The notes beneath the pieces are model-generated. The model was given only the letters and a program-made list of their open reading frames with translations. It had not been told where the DNA came from and made no database searches. Both the position numbers and the translations under genes were made by a program. From Candidatus Stahliibacteriota bacterium (GTDB taxonomy: Bacteria > Hydrothermota > Tepidihabitantia > SM23-42), in assembly GCA_030609135.1 (NCBI GenBank), contig JAUWCU010000001.1:927-64926 (forward strand): a DNA stretch of 64,000 nucleotides. The letters run 5' to 3'. Every line of letters begins with the position of its first letter. Position 1 is the stretch's first letter. Positions 49,831 through 59,481 of this stretch are shown in pieces.

Positions 49831-50144
49831 TTGCGTTTTGTTTTTTGCGCAATGCGCTTTCTTTCTCTGAATTTCTCCTCGTACTTTATTAGCTGTCGCT
49901 CAATTTTCTTGAATACTTCGTTTATGCCGAGATATATATCATGGTTCTTAACTTTACTTGTAATCACCGAGTGTTTCACTGACAAATTCAACTCGATGAT
50001 ACTACGGGCTTTGTCTTTTTCTAATATCAGATCACCGTCTATTATGTGATGAGAAAATCGCTCCAGCTTCTCCACCTTCTTCTTAGCATACTCCTCTAAA
50101 GCATCGTCAAGGTGAAAATTCCTTGCCGCGATTTTTAACTCCAT
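49827..50144 (-). CDS. hpf: Ribosome hibernation promoting factor / RaiA (sigma54 modulation protein family)
   Basis: Short (105 aa) beta-alpha-beta-beta-beta-alpha pattern, typical N-terminus MELKIAARNFHLDDALEEYA. Confidence 0.85.
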   Translation of the reverse strand: MELKIAARNFHLDDALEEYAKKKVEKLERFSHHIIDGDLILEKDKARSIIELNLSVKHSVITSKVKNHDIYLGINEVFKKIERQLIKYEEKFRERKRIAQKTKRK

Positions 50145-50224
50145 AAAACCTCCTTAAAGAACAAATGGCTCAAAAAAGGCGCAAAGAGAACTATGAAGGC
50201 TTTTTGTTCTATTCTTATTGCCCT

Positions 50225-50285
50225 TAATCGTCTTCTCATGCCTTCTTTTACCATCTCATGCCTTGTTTTACCATCTCATGACCTG
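50225..50285. repeat. Tandem repeat TCATGCCTTSTTTTACCATC (2.5 copies) in hpf upstream region
   Basis: Direct repeats read in sequence between thiE stop and hpf start. Confidence 0.5.
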
Positions 50286-50391
50286 TTCCGTTTCAAATCT
50301 TTCGACAATCCTGAAATCTCAGCGCTTTTTTGCCATTTCGTGGGTGGAACGCTTGGCTTTTCCAAACACATAGTGTCTTTTATTATATTCA

Positions 50392-51402
50392 TTATTTACC
50401 CCCTGTCAATGAATGCAACTTATTCTTCAATTTTCCTTCGAAAAGAAAAGAAGAAACAGCAATCCCTGAAGCTCCTGCTCTGCGAACGCTCTTGTAATTA
50501 TCCGCCGTAATCCCACCAATACCAACAACTGGAATGGTAGCCGCCTTGCATATTGCCCTCAACCTTTGGAGCCCGCAGGTTTTTGCATCGGGTTTTGTCT
50601 TGGTTACAAATATCGAACCTACTCCGATATAGTCAGCACCATCTTTTTCAGCCTCCCTTGCTTCGACAAGGTTGTGAGCGGATGCACCAATAATACTGTC
50701 ATCCCCTAATGCGCGCCGTGCTACGTCTATAGGCATATCTTCCTGGCCTAAATGCACACCATCTGCCCCACATGCCAGGGCGATGTCCAAACGGTTGTTT
50801 ATGAGAAACTTTATGTCACACGACTTCAGATTATCCACGACCACACGAGCATAATCATAGAATATCCTGTCACTCAACGACTTGATGCGGAGTTGGATCA
50901 TCGTTGCACGACTCTTCTTAAGAACCCCGATAACCTGTTTTAACCGATGTCTTTTCACGTATTTTTCGTCGAGTACTACACAAAGACTCGGATCAAAAAT
51001 CCTCGCAAAGTAGTTAATAAACAGCTTTTCAATATCATAAAGTTGGAACCTTATCTTTTTTACCTTATTGCTCACCTTTGGATAAACACACTTCATGGTT
51101 TCTTCGAGGATTCTGGAAGACTCTTTGGCGCGCGTAAAATTCGCAATTACCAAATCTGCCATATTTTTCTTGGCCGCTGAGTCAAACCCTGATTTTCTAC
51201 CAAGGTCTTTTCGACTATCACGAAAGCGCATAATCCCAGCTATTGGCAGGGCTTTTTTCACCACTAAAAACTCCTGCCTAAGATGTCTTACCTGATCAAG
51301 CAATCCCCGGTCAATAATAACGAATCTGATAATATCTTCAATGAACTTAAGACATTCATTTAGACGGTTTAGGTTTACATCTGCGATGCGCTCCCACTGC
51401 AC
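50392..51402 (-). CDS. thiE: Thiamine-phosphate synthase ThiE with ~130 aa N-terminal extension of unknown function
   Basis: C-terminal TMP-TENI fold motifs IQLRIK, GADGVHLGQED, GASAHN, YIGVGSIFVTKTK, VVGIGGI. Confidence 0.8.
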   Translation of the reverse strand: MQWERIADVNLNRLNECLKFIEDIIRFVIIDRGLLDQVRHLRQEFLVVKKALPIAGIMRFRDSRKDLGRKSGFDSAAKKNMADLVIANFTRAKESSRILEETMKCVYPKVSNKVKKIRFQLYDIEKLFINYFARIFDPSLCVVLDEKYVKRHRLKQVIGVLKKSRATMIQLRIKSLSDRIFYDYARVVVDNLKSCDIKFLINNRLDIALACGADGVHLGQEDMPIDVARRALGDDSIIGASAHNLVEAREAEKDGADYIGVGSIFVTKTKPDAKTCGLQRLRAICKAATIPVVGIGGITADNYKSVRRAGASGIAVSSFLFEGKLKNKLHSLTGGK

Positions 51403-51439
51403 GTTTAATTATAACAAACTCTGCATTCATGTCAATGGG

Positions 51440-51570
51440 GAAAGTGTAGTATCGGAGTATGGGAGTAACGGTGTGTCGGAGAAACAGGAGAAGCGTAAGG
51501 CATAGTGAGTAAAGCGTAGGACGAAAACAACGATATTAACGATTAAAACGGTCTAAACGATCATACCGCT
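51440..51570 (-). repeat. Right arm of the inverted repeat pair (partner 46190-46320)
   Basis: Reverse-complement alignment. Confidence 0.6.
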
Positions 51571-51758
51571 ATACGCAGCCAAACTTCAGTGAAACGTGAC
51601 TCCAGTTCAGCGTAGTCGCCCGATTCATCGGGTCTTGTCTACAATGTAAGGGCATCGTCTGATAAATCAGACAACTACAGCGCAAGCGGACAAACGTTCA
51701 ACGCAGCGTGTCTTCAATGAAATGTGTCTTCAGCGTAGCGTGTCTCCAACCTGCCCCG

Positions 51759-52004
51759 TTAAACGAAGTTGTACGGGGCATTAGCGTGTACTTCCAGACT
51801 GTACTCCACGGCACTTGCCGCGTGGATCCTTGTCGTGTTAAGAAAAGGGATACCGAATTCATCTTTGGTAAGAATGAGCGGAAGTTCAGTACACCCGAGA
51901 ATTACACCCTGTATTCGATAATAATCAATTGTTGCTTCAGGACTAAGTCCTCCGATAATACCGATGCGTTTCACTCCACCTCCAATATTAGAACTATGAT
52001 ACAT
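51759..52004 (-). pseudogene. Internally deleted Asp/Glu racemase family gene remnant (N-terminal RIGIIGGLSPEATIDYYR fused to C-terminal GVILGCTELPLIL...PFLNTTRIHAASAVE)
   Basis: Both terminal signature motifs present in an 81 aa ORF while full-length racemases are about 230 aa. Confidence 0.55.
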
Positions 52005-52024
52005 AGTCTATTGCATTTCATATC

Positions 52025-52522
52025 CTACACATTTTCATGCTTTCTTTTTGACAAATATATTACATCATTATGGCGTTTATAACCCATCTTCTGAAATGCT
52101 TCCATGGATGATTTGTTCCAATCCTCAATTAAACAAGTAATTATCTCAATACCTTTATCGTATAACTTTTTTTCAACCTCCTGGACCAGACGCGCGGCAA
52201 ATCTCTTTTGACGACGTGCTGGAGCTACAGCGAGTCGATTGATCCATCCTTTGCGCCCGTCATGTGTTCCAAAAATGGAGCCGATTAATTTCCCATTGAT
52301 TTCTGCTACAAGAAAGATCGCTGCAGTACCTGCCAGTTCACGATCGATATTTTCCCTCTTATCGCGGCCATCCTGTTTGTAAGGTAATTCTGCTTCATCC
52401 CATAGCCTAATAAGATCGTCATAATCATCGATGCATAAATCGCGCAGCTTGATCTCATGGCTTTCGTTGTCACCTATACTGGTTTTATCCCGCTGGTTCG
52501 GCATGTACAGTAACCTCCACAC
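52025..52522 (-). CDS. GNAT-family N-acetyltransferase
   Basis: Motif A RRQKRFAARLVQEV; size 165 aa. Confidence 0.7.
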   Translation of the reverse strand: MWRLLYMPNQRDKTSIGDNESHEIKLRDLCIDDYDDLIRLWDEAELPYKQDGRDKRENIDRELAGTAAIFLVAEINGKLIGSIFGTHDGRKGWINRLAVAPARRQKRFAARLVQEVEKKLYDKGIEIITCLIEDWNKSSMEAFQKMGYKRHNDVIYLSKRKHENV

Positions 52523-53399
52523 CTTTTATACGTTCCCTAATGCACTGTTCTACTTCAGTAGCCTTTGCGTGTGCGGCATTGAGGTGCATATCAGCGCGTA
52601 ATCTGATGTGTACGGTGACCTCTGTTACGCCACCATAATCATGGACATGGATATGGTGAACATCGGTAATCCCTCCACAGGAAAGAGCGAGTTCCTTTAT
52701 GTCCTCTGTAAATTGCGGTGGAGGAGCTTTACCAACAAGAATACTCCCCGATTCAAAAATAATTGAAATGCCTGTATAAGCAATAAAAAGAGCGATAATG
52801 ATCGCAACGACCCCATCAATATAATATAACCCAAACCGATACAGGATAAAACCGATTATAACAAGAATTGTAGAAATGGCGTCAGTGCTATGATGCCAGG
52901 CATCCGCTTTCAAAGCCGACGAGTCGATAAGTTTACTAAGATTAAAAGTTACCGCCGATAATATTATTTTAGCAATTATCGTTATCGTCAGCACGATAAC
53001 GATGCTCCATCGGAATTCAACAGGTACGGGGTTTTGAAGTCTATTAATACCGTTGATGAAAAATTCAATACTAACAACTATTAACATACAAGCAATTACG
53101 ATTGAAACAATCTGCTCTACTCGACCGTGACCAAATGGATGTTCCTTATCAGGCGGTTTTGCTGATACCCCGAAACCGATAACGACGATCAATGATGTTG
53201 CAACATCGGATAATGAGTGTATTGCATCGGCAACAAGTGCTATACTATTGACTGCCATACCGAAGAAGAACTTGACCGCGGAAATGATGAGGTTTACTAT
53301 GATGCTTAAACCACCGGCAAAATACCCACAGTTTTTCCTCTTATCACCTTTATCAAGATGAAACAAAGAAACTAATATTTCAGTAATTTTGCTTCCCAT
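52485..53399 (-). CDS. Cation diffusion facilitator (CDF) family metal efflux transporter
   Basis: 6 TM, HSLSDVATS and DAWHHSTD metal-site motifs, C-terminal cytoplasmic domain. Confidence 0.85.
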   Translation of the reverse strand: MGSKITEILVSLFHLDKGDKRKNCGYFAGGLSIIVNLIISAVKFFFGMAVNSIALVADAIHSLSDVATSLIVVIGFGVSAKPPDKEHPFGHGRVEQIVSIVIACMLIVVSIEFFINGINRLQNPVPVEFRWSIVIVLTITIIAKIILSAVTFNLSKLIDSSALKADAWHHSTDAISTILVIIGFILYRFGLYYIDGVVAIIIALFIAYTGISIIFESGSILVGKAPPPQFTEDIKELALSCGGITDVHHIHVHDYGGVTEVTVHIRLRADMHLNAAHAKATEVEQCIRERIKGVEVTVHAEPAG

Positions 53400-53468
53400 T
53401 GTTGAATCACATTATAGAATAATCACAATAATTGTCAATGTATCAAAAAAGCTACTTCTCTATCCCTT

Positions 53469-53918
53469 CTATTTACTTTTTAACTCTTTATCAACGGCAG
53501 ATCTTAACCGACCAAATGACAAAGGCTTTTTGGTCTTTGCAGCAGACAGATAACCCTTGGTTAAATCCTCAACAGTAGATTCCAAAAGCAACATAAATTG
53601 AGTATAGGCAAAGTCTCGTTTTTTACTATCCTTTCTCCCGTATATAATAGACAAAAGGTCTTCGATCATCTGATCCATGCCATACAATTTCACGTGAAGC
53701 AATTCGTGAACTACTAATTCGTCAAAATTGTCACATTTTGGTTTATTATTTACTAATAGGACTGCTTTTTTGTCATCCATATCAATTTTTATGTCCCCGG
53801 ACTTGCGCCATTTCTTTTTTACTATCTTAACAACAATATCCCAATCCCGAAGGCGTAGGATATCCTGCCATTTACACAAATATTTCTCTATTGTTTTTTT
53901 ATTTACCTGCATTCTCAT
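53469..53918 (-). CDS. Hypothetical protein with HExxH motif (VVHELLHV), possible ImmA/IrrE-like metallopeptidase
   Basis: Motif only; Lys-rich. Confidence 0.3.
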   Translation of the reverse strand: MRMQVNKKTIEKYLCKWQDILRLRDWDIVVKIVKKKWRKSGDIKIDMDDKKAVLLVNNKPKCDNFDELVVHELLHVKLYGMDQMIEDLLSIIYGRKDSKKRDFAYTQFMLLLESTVEDLTKGYLSAAKTKKPLSFGRLRSAVDKELKSK

Positions 53919-53942
53919 ATTCTCCTGCTCAGATTACTATTA

Positions 53943-54206
53943 TCATTGGTTATCAACCTGCCTCAACCAAGCCAGAAAATCTTTTTTTCCTGCCCTTTCC
54001 ACCAAACCATTGTCAGGAAATAATGCTTCCCAGCCATTTTTTCCAGCAAAATTTTTAAGTCGCTTTTGAGCAGTTACTAATGTTCTTTCCAACTTTTTTC
54101 TTTGTAGCTCGAGTGATACAGGCAATACTAATGGTATTTTATAAATACTTTGTCCAACCTCACACAATTTTTTCCGGCCCCTGATCTTCAACATCGTTTT
54201 TTTCAC
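53943..54206 (-). CDS. Hypothetical small protein
   Basis: ORF only, adjacent and co-oriented with HExxH protein. Confidence 0.3.
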   Translation of the reverse strand: MKKTMLKIRGRKKLCEVGQSIYKIPLVLPVSLELQRKKLERTLVTAQKRLKNFAGKNGWEALFPDNGLVERAGKKDFLAWLRQVDNQ

Positions 54207-54348
54207 GCACTATTATATATTGTAGAAAATTAAAAATCAAGACTTCATTTAATTTTATCAACTGGCGTATGTACTATTTATACTTGACAAGATGAGATAT
54301 ATATGTATAATTATTTCTGTAAATAATAAAAAAGGATTATTTAAAGAA

Positions 54349-54981
54349 ATGAACTATTTAGAATTTAAAAAGAAAGTAATTGGTTTTCCTGTATTTTCTA
54401 CCAGTCATCTTAATAGTCTGGGAGAAAACAGACAGGTGTTGAGAAATCAGCTAACTAAATGGCAGAAAAAAGGACTGGCAATTAAATTAAAGAAGGGATT
54501 GTATATCTTAAATGAAATTGACCGTAAAATCACACCATCCCGTACATTTCTGGCAAATCAATTATATGAACCTTCTTATATTAGTACAGAATATGCGCTT
54601 GGATTTTATGACCTAATTCCAGAACGAGTTGCTGACGTAACTTCTGTCTCTTCGAAGAAAACTATGACATTCGAGAATAAATTTGGCAGGTTTATTTATC
54701 AACATGTCAAAATCACATGTTTTACTGGTTATAGAACATTGCAGGATGAAAATGGCTTAAATTATTTTATTGCCGAGCCAGAAAAGGCGTTGGTTGACTT
54801 CATCTATCTAAACCGCTCTCTGTTCGGCAACAAAGATAAAGAAATCTTCGAATCCCTGCGTCTACAAAATATAGAATCTCTAAGTGTTAACAGGATGATT
54901 AAGTACGCTAAAATCTTTAAGAATCACAGGTTTATGGATATCATTAAATTACTAATTAGCGCCATTTCAAGTTGGAAATGA
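54349..54981 (+). CDS. AbiEi-family antitoxin / transcriptional regulator (type IV TA)
   Basis: N-terminal wHTH-like MNYLEFKKKVIGFPVFSTSHLNSLGENRQVLRNQLTKWQKKGLAIKLKKGLYIL; precedes AbiEii-like gene. Confidence 0.5.
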   Translation: MNYLEFKKKVIGFPVFSTSHLNSLGENRQVLRNQLTKWQKKGLAIKLKKGLYILNEIDRKITPSRTFLANQLYEPSYISTEYALGFYDLIPERVADVTSVSSKKTMTFENKFGRFIYQHVKITCFTGYRTLQDENGLNYFIAEPEKALVDFIYLNRSLFGNKDKEIFESLRLQNIESLSVNRMIKYAKIFKNHRFMDIIKLLISAISSWK

Positions 54982-55119
54982 TGCGTTTCCCAAATTATGT
55001 AGTGGTCGAGCTTGCTCGATGTTTGCAGAGTAAACTCTGCCACTACAAATTTGACCATTATACAGAAATAAAACACGGGCTATCTATAACGGCGCTAAAG
55101 TCATTAAAGAGGTGTAATT

Positions 55120-55926
55120 ATGATGGATATTATTGAAAAATTATTGCAGAGTAGAAAATCAAATGAGGAAAAAATCAACTGTTTGAGAGAATTTTTACAG
55201 GTCTTGATTCTAAAAATCATTTATAATAAGGGATATTTTAAGAATTTGAGTTTTGTTGGTGGAACCGCACTAAGATTCCTTTACGAATTAAAAAGGTTTT
55301 CTGAAGACCTGGATTTTTCACTCATCGAAAAAAAGAATTATACATTCGACAAGTTTTCTGTAGATTTATATAGAGAACTCGAAAATTACGGGTTTAAATT
55401 GGACACTAAAAAGAAAGACTCAAAAACTGTTCAAACTATTGATCTGAAATTTAAAACCATATTACATGAATTGAACCTATCGCCGATTAAATCACAAAAA
55501 ATTTTCATTCGTCTTGAGATTGATACCAATCCACCAAAGGGCTGGACTACACAAGTTTCGTTAATTAATAAAACCTATATTTTCACTATAACCCATTTTG
55601 ATTTGCCATCGCTTTATGCTTTAAAACTTCACGCCTGTTTTTATAGAAAATACACAAAAGGGAGAGATTTCTATGATCTTATCTGGTATCTAAGTAAAAA
55701 AAGTGAACCAAATTATTTATTATTAAATAACGCTATTAAACAAATTGAAAAAAGCATCGTGAAAATTAACAAAAACAATTTCAAGGATTTCCTCTGCACA
55801 AAAATTGAAAAAATCGATTTTAAAAAAGTAAAAAGAGATGTTGAACGATTTTTAGAAGATAAAAATGAATTAAGGCTTTTCGATAAAAACTTGATACTCA
55901 ATACTATAAAATCATCTTACCTCTGA
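55120..55926 (+). CDS. AbiEii/AbiGii-family nucleotidyltransferase toxin (DUF1814)
   Basis: Signature FVGGTALRFLYELKRFSEDLDFSL. Confidence 0.7.
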   Translation: MMDIIEKLLQSRKSNEEKINCLREFLQVLILKIIYNKGYFKNLSFVGGTALRFLYELKRFSEDLDFSLIEKKNYTFDKFSVDLYRELENYGFKLDTKKKDSKTVQTIDLKFKTILHELNLSPIKSQKIFIRLEIDTNPPKGWTTQVSLINKTYIFTITHFDLPSLYALKLHACFYRKYTKGRDFYDLIWYLSKKSEPNYLLLNNAIKQIEKSIVKINKNNFKDFLCTKIEKIDFKKVKRDVERFLEDKNELRLFDKNLILNTIKSSYL

Positions 55927-55964
55927 TTAATTAATTAAAAATATCTCTTTGCAAAAATATTTTG

Positions 55965-56411
55965 CTATCCAGAATCGCTTTTCTTTTTAAATATCTCTGT
56001 TATCTCATCCATTTTACTCTTCAAGCTACTAATTTCTTTATTTATTTTCAGCTCCAGTCTGTGAAAATTAGACTGGAGCAGATTTACCCCACCTGTAATC
56101 AATGCAGTAGCAATGCTCGCGGCAATGAACAACAATAAACATCCTATACTATATGCCATAAAGAGAAAAATACCCATAGGCAATATCACCTTTTCCCCTG
56201 CGATATCCAACTCTCTTATCTCAGGATTATCCGGGATAATCTGTTTGAAAACCTCTATTCCCTGTGGATTAGTAAATATCTTGTAAACATTGATAACAGC
56301 CCATAGAGCAATAACAACTCCAACAACAATTAAAATTATACCGATAAAATCTCTAAACCCCTTGCCAGATTCGTAAACCTCTGGTCTGCTATATTGTCCC
56401 TCTGTCATCAT
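55965..56411 (-). CDS. Hypothetical membrane protein with C-terminal coiled coil
   Basis: TM helices and KLELKINKEISSLKSKMDEITEIFKK. Confidence 0.4.
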   Translation of the reverse strand: MMTEGQYSRPEVYESGKGFRDFIGIILIVVGVVIALWAVINVYKIFTNPQGIEVFKQIIPDNPEIRELDIAGEKVILPMGIFLFMAYSIGCLLLFIAASIATALITGGVNLLQSNFHRLELKINKEISSLKSKMDEITEIFKKKSDSG

Positions 56412-56446
56412 AAACTTTCCTTATTCATTAAATAAAACAGCTTCAA

Positions 56447-57265
56447 TTAAAATCTGCTCTCAATATTTAATTCTTCTGTCAAATCATCAAGAGTGTATTC
56501 TTGTTTTCTAACACGTAGATCAAAATACAAAAGGACCAAACCCAGGATAACAACCGGTGTTCCCACTATCGTACTGATCAACCAACCGAGAATCGGTATC
56601 ACGCCAGCAACAGAATTAATACCGAACATAATGACTGCAAACATTAGATTGATACCGAGCACGCGCCACCAATTACCTTTTACCAAAGCATAGCTCTTAG
56701 AAAGCGCCTCAGTAATACCAGTTCCTTTAATCACGACGTACGGTAAAGCAAAGCACCAGTTCACACCAATATAGATCGCAAGAGGAATGCCGATAATGGT
56801 GAGGGTAAGACCACCGACTGCCAGACTTACAAGTATACTGGTTACAAACGCAGTGCCTAACTTGGACCAGGCATACGCGTAAGAATCGCTAAAACCAATA
56901 TCTGTAGCATGATACTGCACGGCGATGAAATACATGAGAGCGCATTGAACCCAAAGATTAACAGCAATGAAAACAGCGATGGCAAACGCACCTCCGGCAA
57001 TTATGTATGGTAATACGGCGATTATTTTATCACCCTCACTTAATAGCGCAATCAGAAAACCAGCCCCATACATCACCACGATGAATAATACATTGAGGAC
57101 ACCGCTGATCGCCGCGATCGCCCAGAGTTTTAAATAGTGTTTTTTATAGATACGCCACGCTTCTGAAAGCATATCTTCAAGTTTTCTCGGACCGAGGTTG
57201 ATTTCTTGTACTGTGGCATCAACAGATGCCTTATCTACCGGAGTCTGATGTTCTGTTGTAGCCAT
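56447..57265 (-). CDS. Polytopic membrane protein (DUF975 / GP-PDE membrane-domain-like); likely start at internal Met overlapping thrC stop
   Basis: 6-7 TM helices; no catalytic motif recognised. Confidence 0.45.
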   Translation of the reverse strand: MATTEHQTPVDKASVDATVQEINLGPRKLEDMLSEAWRIYKKHYLKLWAIAAISGVLNVLFIVVMYGAGFLIALLSEGDKIIAVLPYIIAGGAFAIAVFIAVNLWVQCALMYFIAVQYHATDIGFSDSYAYAWSKLGTAFVTSILVSLAVGGLTLTIIGIPLAIYIGVNWCFALPYVVIKGTGITEALSKSYALVKGNWWRVLGINLMFAVIMFGINSVAGVIPILGWLISTIVGTPVVILGLVLLYFDLRVRKQEYTLDDLTEELNIESRF

Positions 57266-58446
57266 TAGAAACGAAGGTCTTTTGCCCATAAGTGGGCGTA
57301 TTTCAACCCGCTTGCAGTATTGAATAATACCACAGTTTCACTCTCCCGGATCCAACCATGCTGGCGCAGGTGCTTGAAGGCAACGAGGGTTGCTCCTCCT
57401 TCAGGGCAACAGAAAATACCCTCGGTGCTCCCGATCTGCATTATCGCTTCCATCATTGCATCATCAGATACCGCGATTGCAGTACCCTTACTTTCCTTTA
57501 GTGTACGTAGAATCAAAAAATCACCGATCCCTGCCGGTACGCGCAAACCATCGGCAATGGTTTCAGCGTCACGCCACGGGGTGGCGGTATCTTTCCCTTC
57601 ATTGAATGCGGTCACGATCGGTGCACACCCCTTTGCTTGAACCGATACCATACGCGGCAACTTCGATTTTATCCAACCAAGATTCTTGAGTTCTTCAAAT
57701 GCCTTCCACATGCCGATAAGACCAGTGCCGCCTCCGGTCGGGTAGATGACAACATCAGGTAAGTTCCAGCCAAGTTGTTCAGCTAACTCAAAACCCATGG
57801 TTTTCTTGCCCTCTATGCGATATGGTTCTTTGAGCGTTGACATATCAAACCTGTCATATTGTGCTATATCATGAGCTGCCTGCTGACCGCAGTGAGTAAT
57901 ATAACCCTCCACAAGTTTTACCTGAGCCCCTCTGGCTATGCATTCAACGACAAAGGGTTTGGGTACATCCTTGGGCATATAGACAAAGGCTTTCAAACCA
58001 CCCAGCGCAGCATACGCGCTCATAGACACCGCGGCGTTACCAGCTGACGGCACAGCCAGTTCTTGTATCCCGAATTCACGTGCCCGGGATACCGCAACGG
58101 ACATGCCCCGGTCCTTGAATGAACCGGTTGGGTTCTGGCTTTCGTCCTTGATATAGAGATTATCAAAATCCAAAACTTCACCGAGGCTTTGGGCATGGAT
58201 CAATGGCGTGAACCCTTCATCAAACGAAAGGATGTTCTTGTTATTCTGCAGGGGAAGCAATTCTTTGTAACGCCATAGGTTTGGTGCGCGTTTTGCTATG
58301 TCCTCGCGTTTGACTGCTTTAAGGACCTTTTTCAGATCATAGAGAACGACTAGAGGCTTACCACAAAACGAACAAAGATTCCAACGTCTATCCGCCTCCA
58401 GCTTATTGCCGCATTTTGAACACTCTAAGTGACTGACGAAAGACAT
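57265..58446 (-). CDS. thrC: Threonine synthase (archaeal-type, N-terminal zinc ribbon)
   Basis: PLP lysine motif GSFKDRGM; N-terminal CSKCGNK...CSFCGK. Confidence 0.85.
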   Translation of the reverse strand: MSFVSHLECSKCGNKLEADRRWNLCSFCGKPLVVLYDLKKVLKAVKREDIAKRAPNLWRYKELLPLQNNKNILSFDEGFTPLIHAQSLGEVLDFDNLYIKDESQNPTGSFKDRGMSVAVSRAREFGIQELAVPSAGNAAVSMSAYAALGGLKAFVYMPKDVPKPFVVECIARGAQVKLVEGYITHCGQQAAHDIAQYDRFDMSTLKEPYRIEGKKTMGFELAEQLGWNLPDVVIYPTGGGTGLIGMWKAFEELKNLGWIKSKLPRMVSVQAKGCAPIVTAFNEGKDTATPWRDAETIADGLRVPAGIGDFLILRTLKESKGTAIAVSDDAMMEAIMQIGSTEGIFCCPEGGATLVAFKHLRQHGWIRESETVVLFNTASGLKYAHLWAKDLRF

Positions 58447-58686
58447 GAGAATTTAAGATTCTATATTTAAGATTTTAGATTTCATTTCCTTTTCCTTGCA
58501 ACATTATTGACAAACCTAGTCACATCCAATGCAAATTGCTTTGTGCGTTTTTTCATCTCTGTCTTTGTCATCTTGTCGATATTTATATCATATACCTAAA
58601 TAAGTACATGTCAATGATTGACAGTGATATATTAAATTTTAAATCAAGAATCTTAAATTTTATGCCTCTCATCCATCTCTTATCTA

Positions 58687-59460
58687 TCATCCACCATCAC
58701 CCATCTTCCATCTTTTAGCGAGCATAGTCGCAATGGTGAAGTAGTTAATGACCTTCTGTTTTATGCGGTCATAACGATAGCAAAGATCAGGCTTTTCGAG
58801 AACCTTTGTTTTAAAACTCCTTGGCGTATCCGTGATGTAAACGCCTTCTTTTTTTAGCAGCAAGTTACTGCGGCCATCGCCGCCAAAACCAAACTCATAA
58901 CCTGCTTTGCTAACTGCTCTAACAACTATCGGGTTTACTCTGTTAAAGGGATAAGATATGCTTTTGCAGTCACCAAGTTTCTGTTGCAAAATTCTCCTGG
59001 ACTCAAATACTTCGTAGTTAACTTCCTGTTCACTCATCCTTGCAAGATTTCGATGGTTCATCGTATGCGAACCGAATTCAATACCCCAATCTTTCATCTC
59101 GTATATCTTATCCCAGGATAGATGCTGGACACGCTTACCCATGATACTAATATCCCATAAATTATCCTGACCAATGTAATTGACAATAAGAAAAACAACA
59201 GCTTTAACACTATATCTCTTGAGAATTGGAAATGCGTAGTCATATACAGTATCCTCACCATCATCAAAAGCTATAACAACACCATCATCTTTCTGTCCGG
59301 GGACAATAATCTCTACCCCTTTATCCAAAATTGATTCCAAAAAACGCGCAAACTGCTCTGGTGTATTCCAGGTACCACAGAATTGAAATTTAGGAGTTAT
59401 CCTGTGGAACTGTAGAGCTTTCATCCGGTTAGAAAACCTCGCCATTTTCCGAGGGTACAT
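58687..59460 (-). CDS. Polysaccharide deacetylase (NodB homology domain)
   Basis: FDDGEDTVYDYAFPILKRY...VVFLIVNYIG NodB motifs. Confidence 0.8.
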   Translation of the reverse strand: MYPRKMARFSNRMKALQFHRITPKFQFCGTWNTPEQFARFLESILDKGVEIIVPGQKDDGVVIAFDDGEDTVYDYAFPILKRYSVKAVVFLIVNYIGQDNLWDISIMGKRVQHLSWDKIYEMKDWGIEFGSHTMNHRNLARMSEQEVNYEVFESRRILQQKLGDCKSISYPFNRVNPIVVRAVSKAGYEFGFGGDGRSNLLLKKEGVYITDTPRSFKTKVLEKPDLCYRYDRIKQKVINYFTIATMLAKRWKMGDGG

Positions 59461-59481
59461 GCCAATGTTTTCTCTGGTTTT

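Noticed and set aside
50193-50510. 105 aa plus-strand ORF overlapping the thiE 3' end
   Set aside because: It covers the tandem-repeat intergenic DNA and runs antisense into thiE. No RBS.
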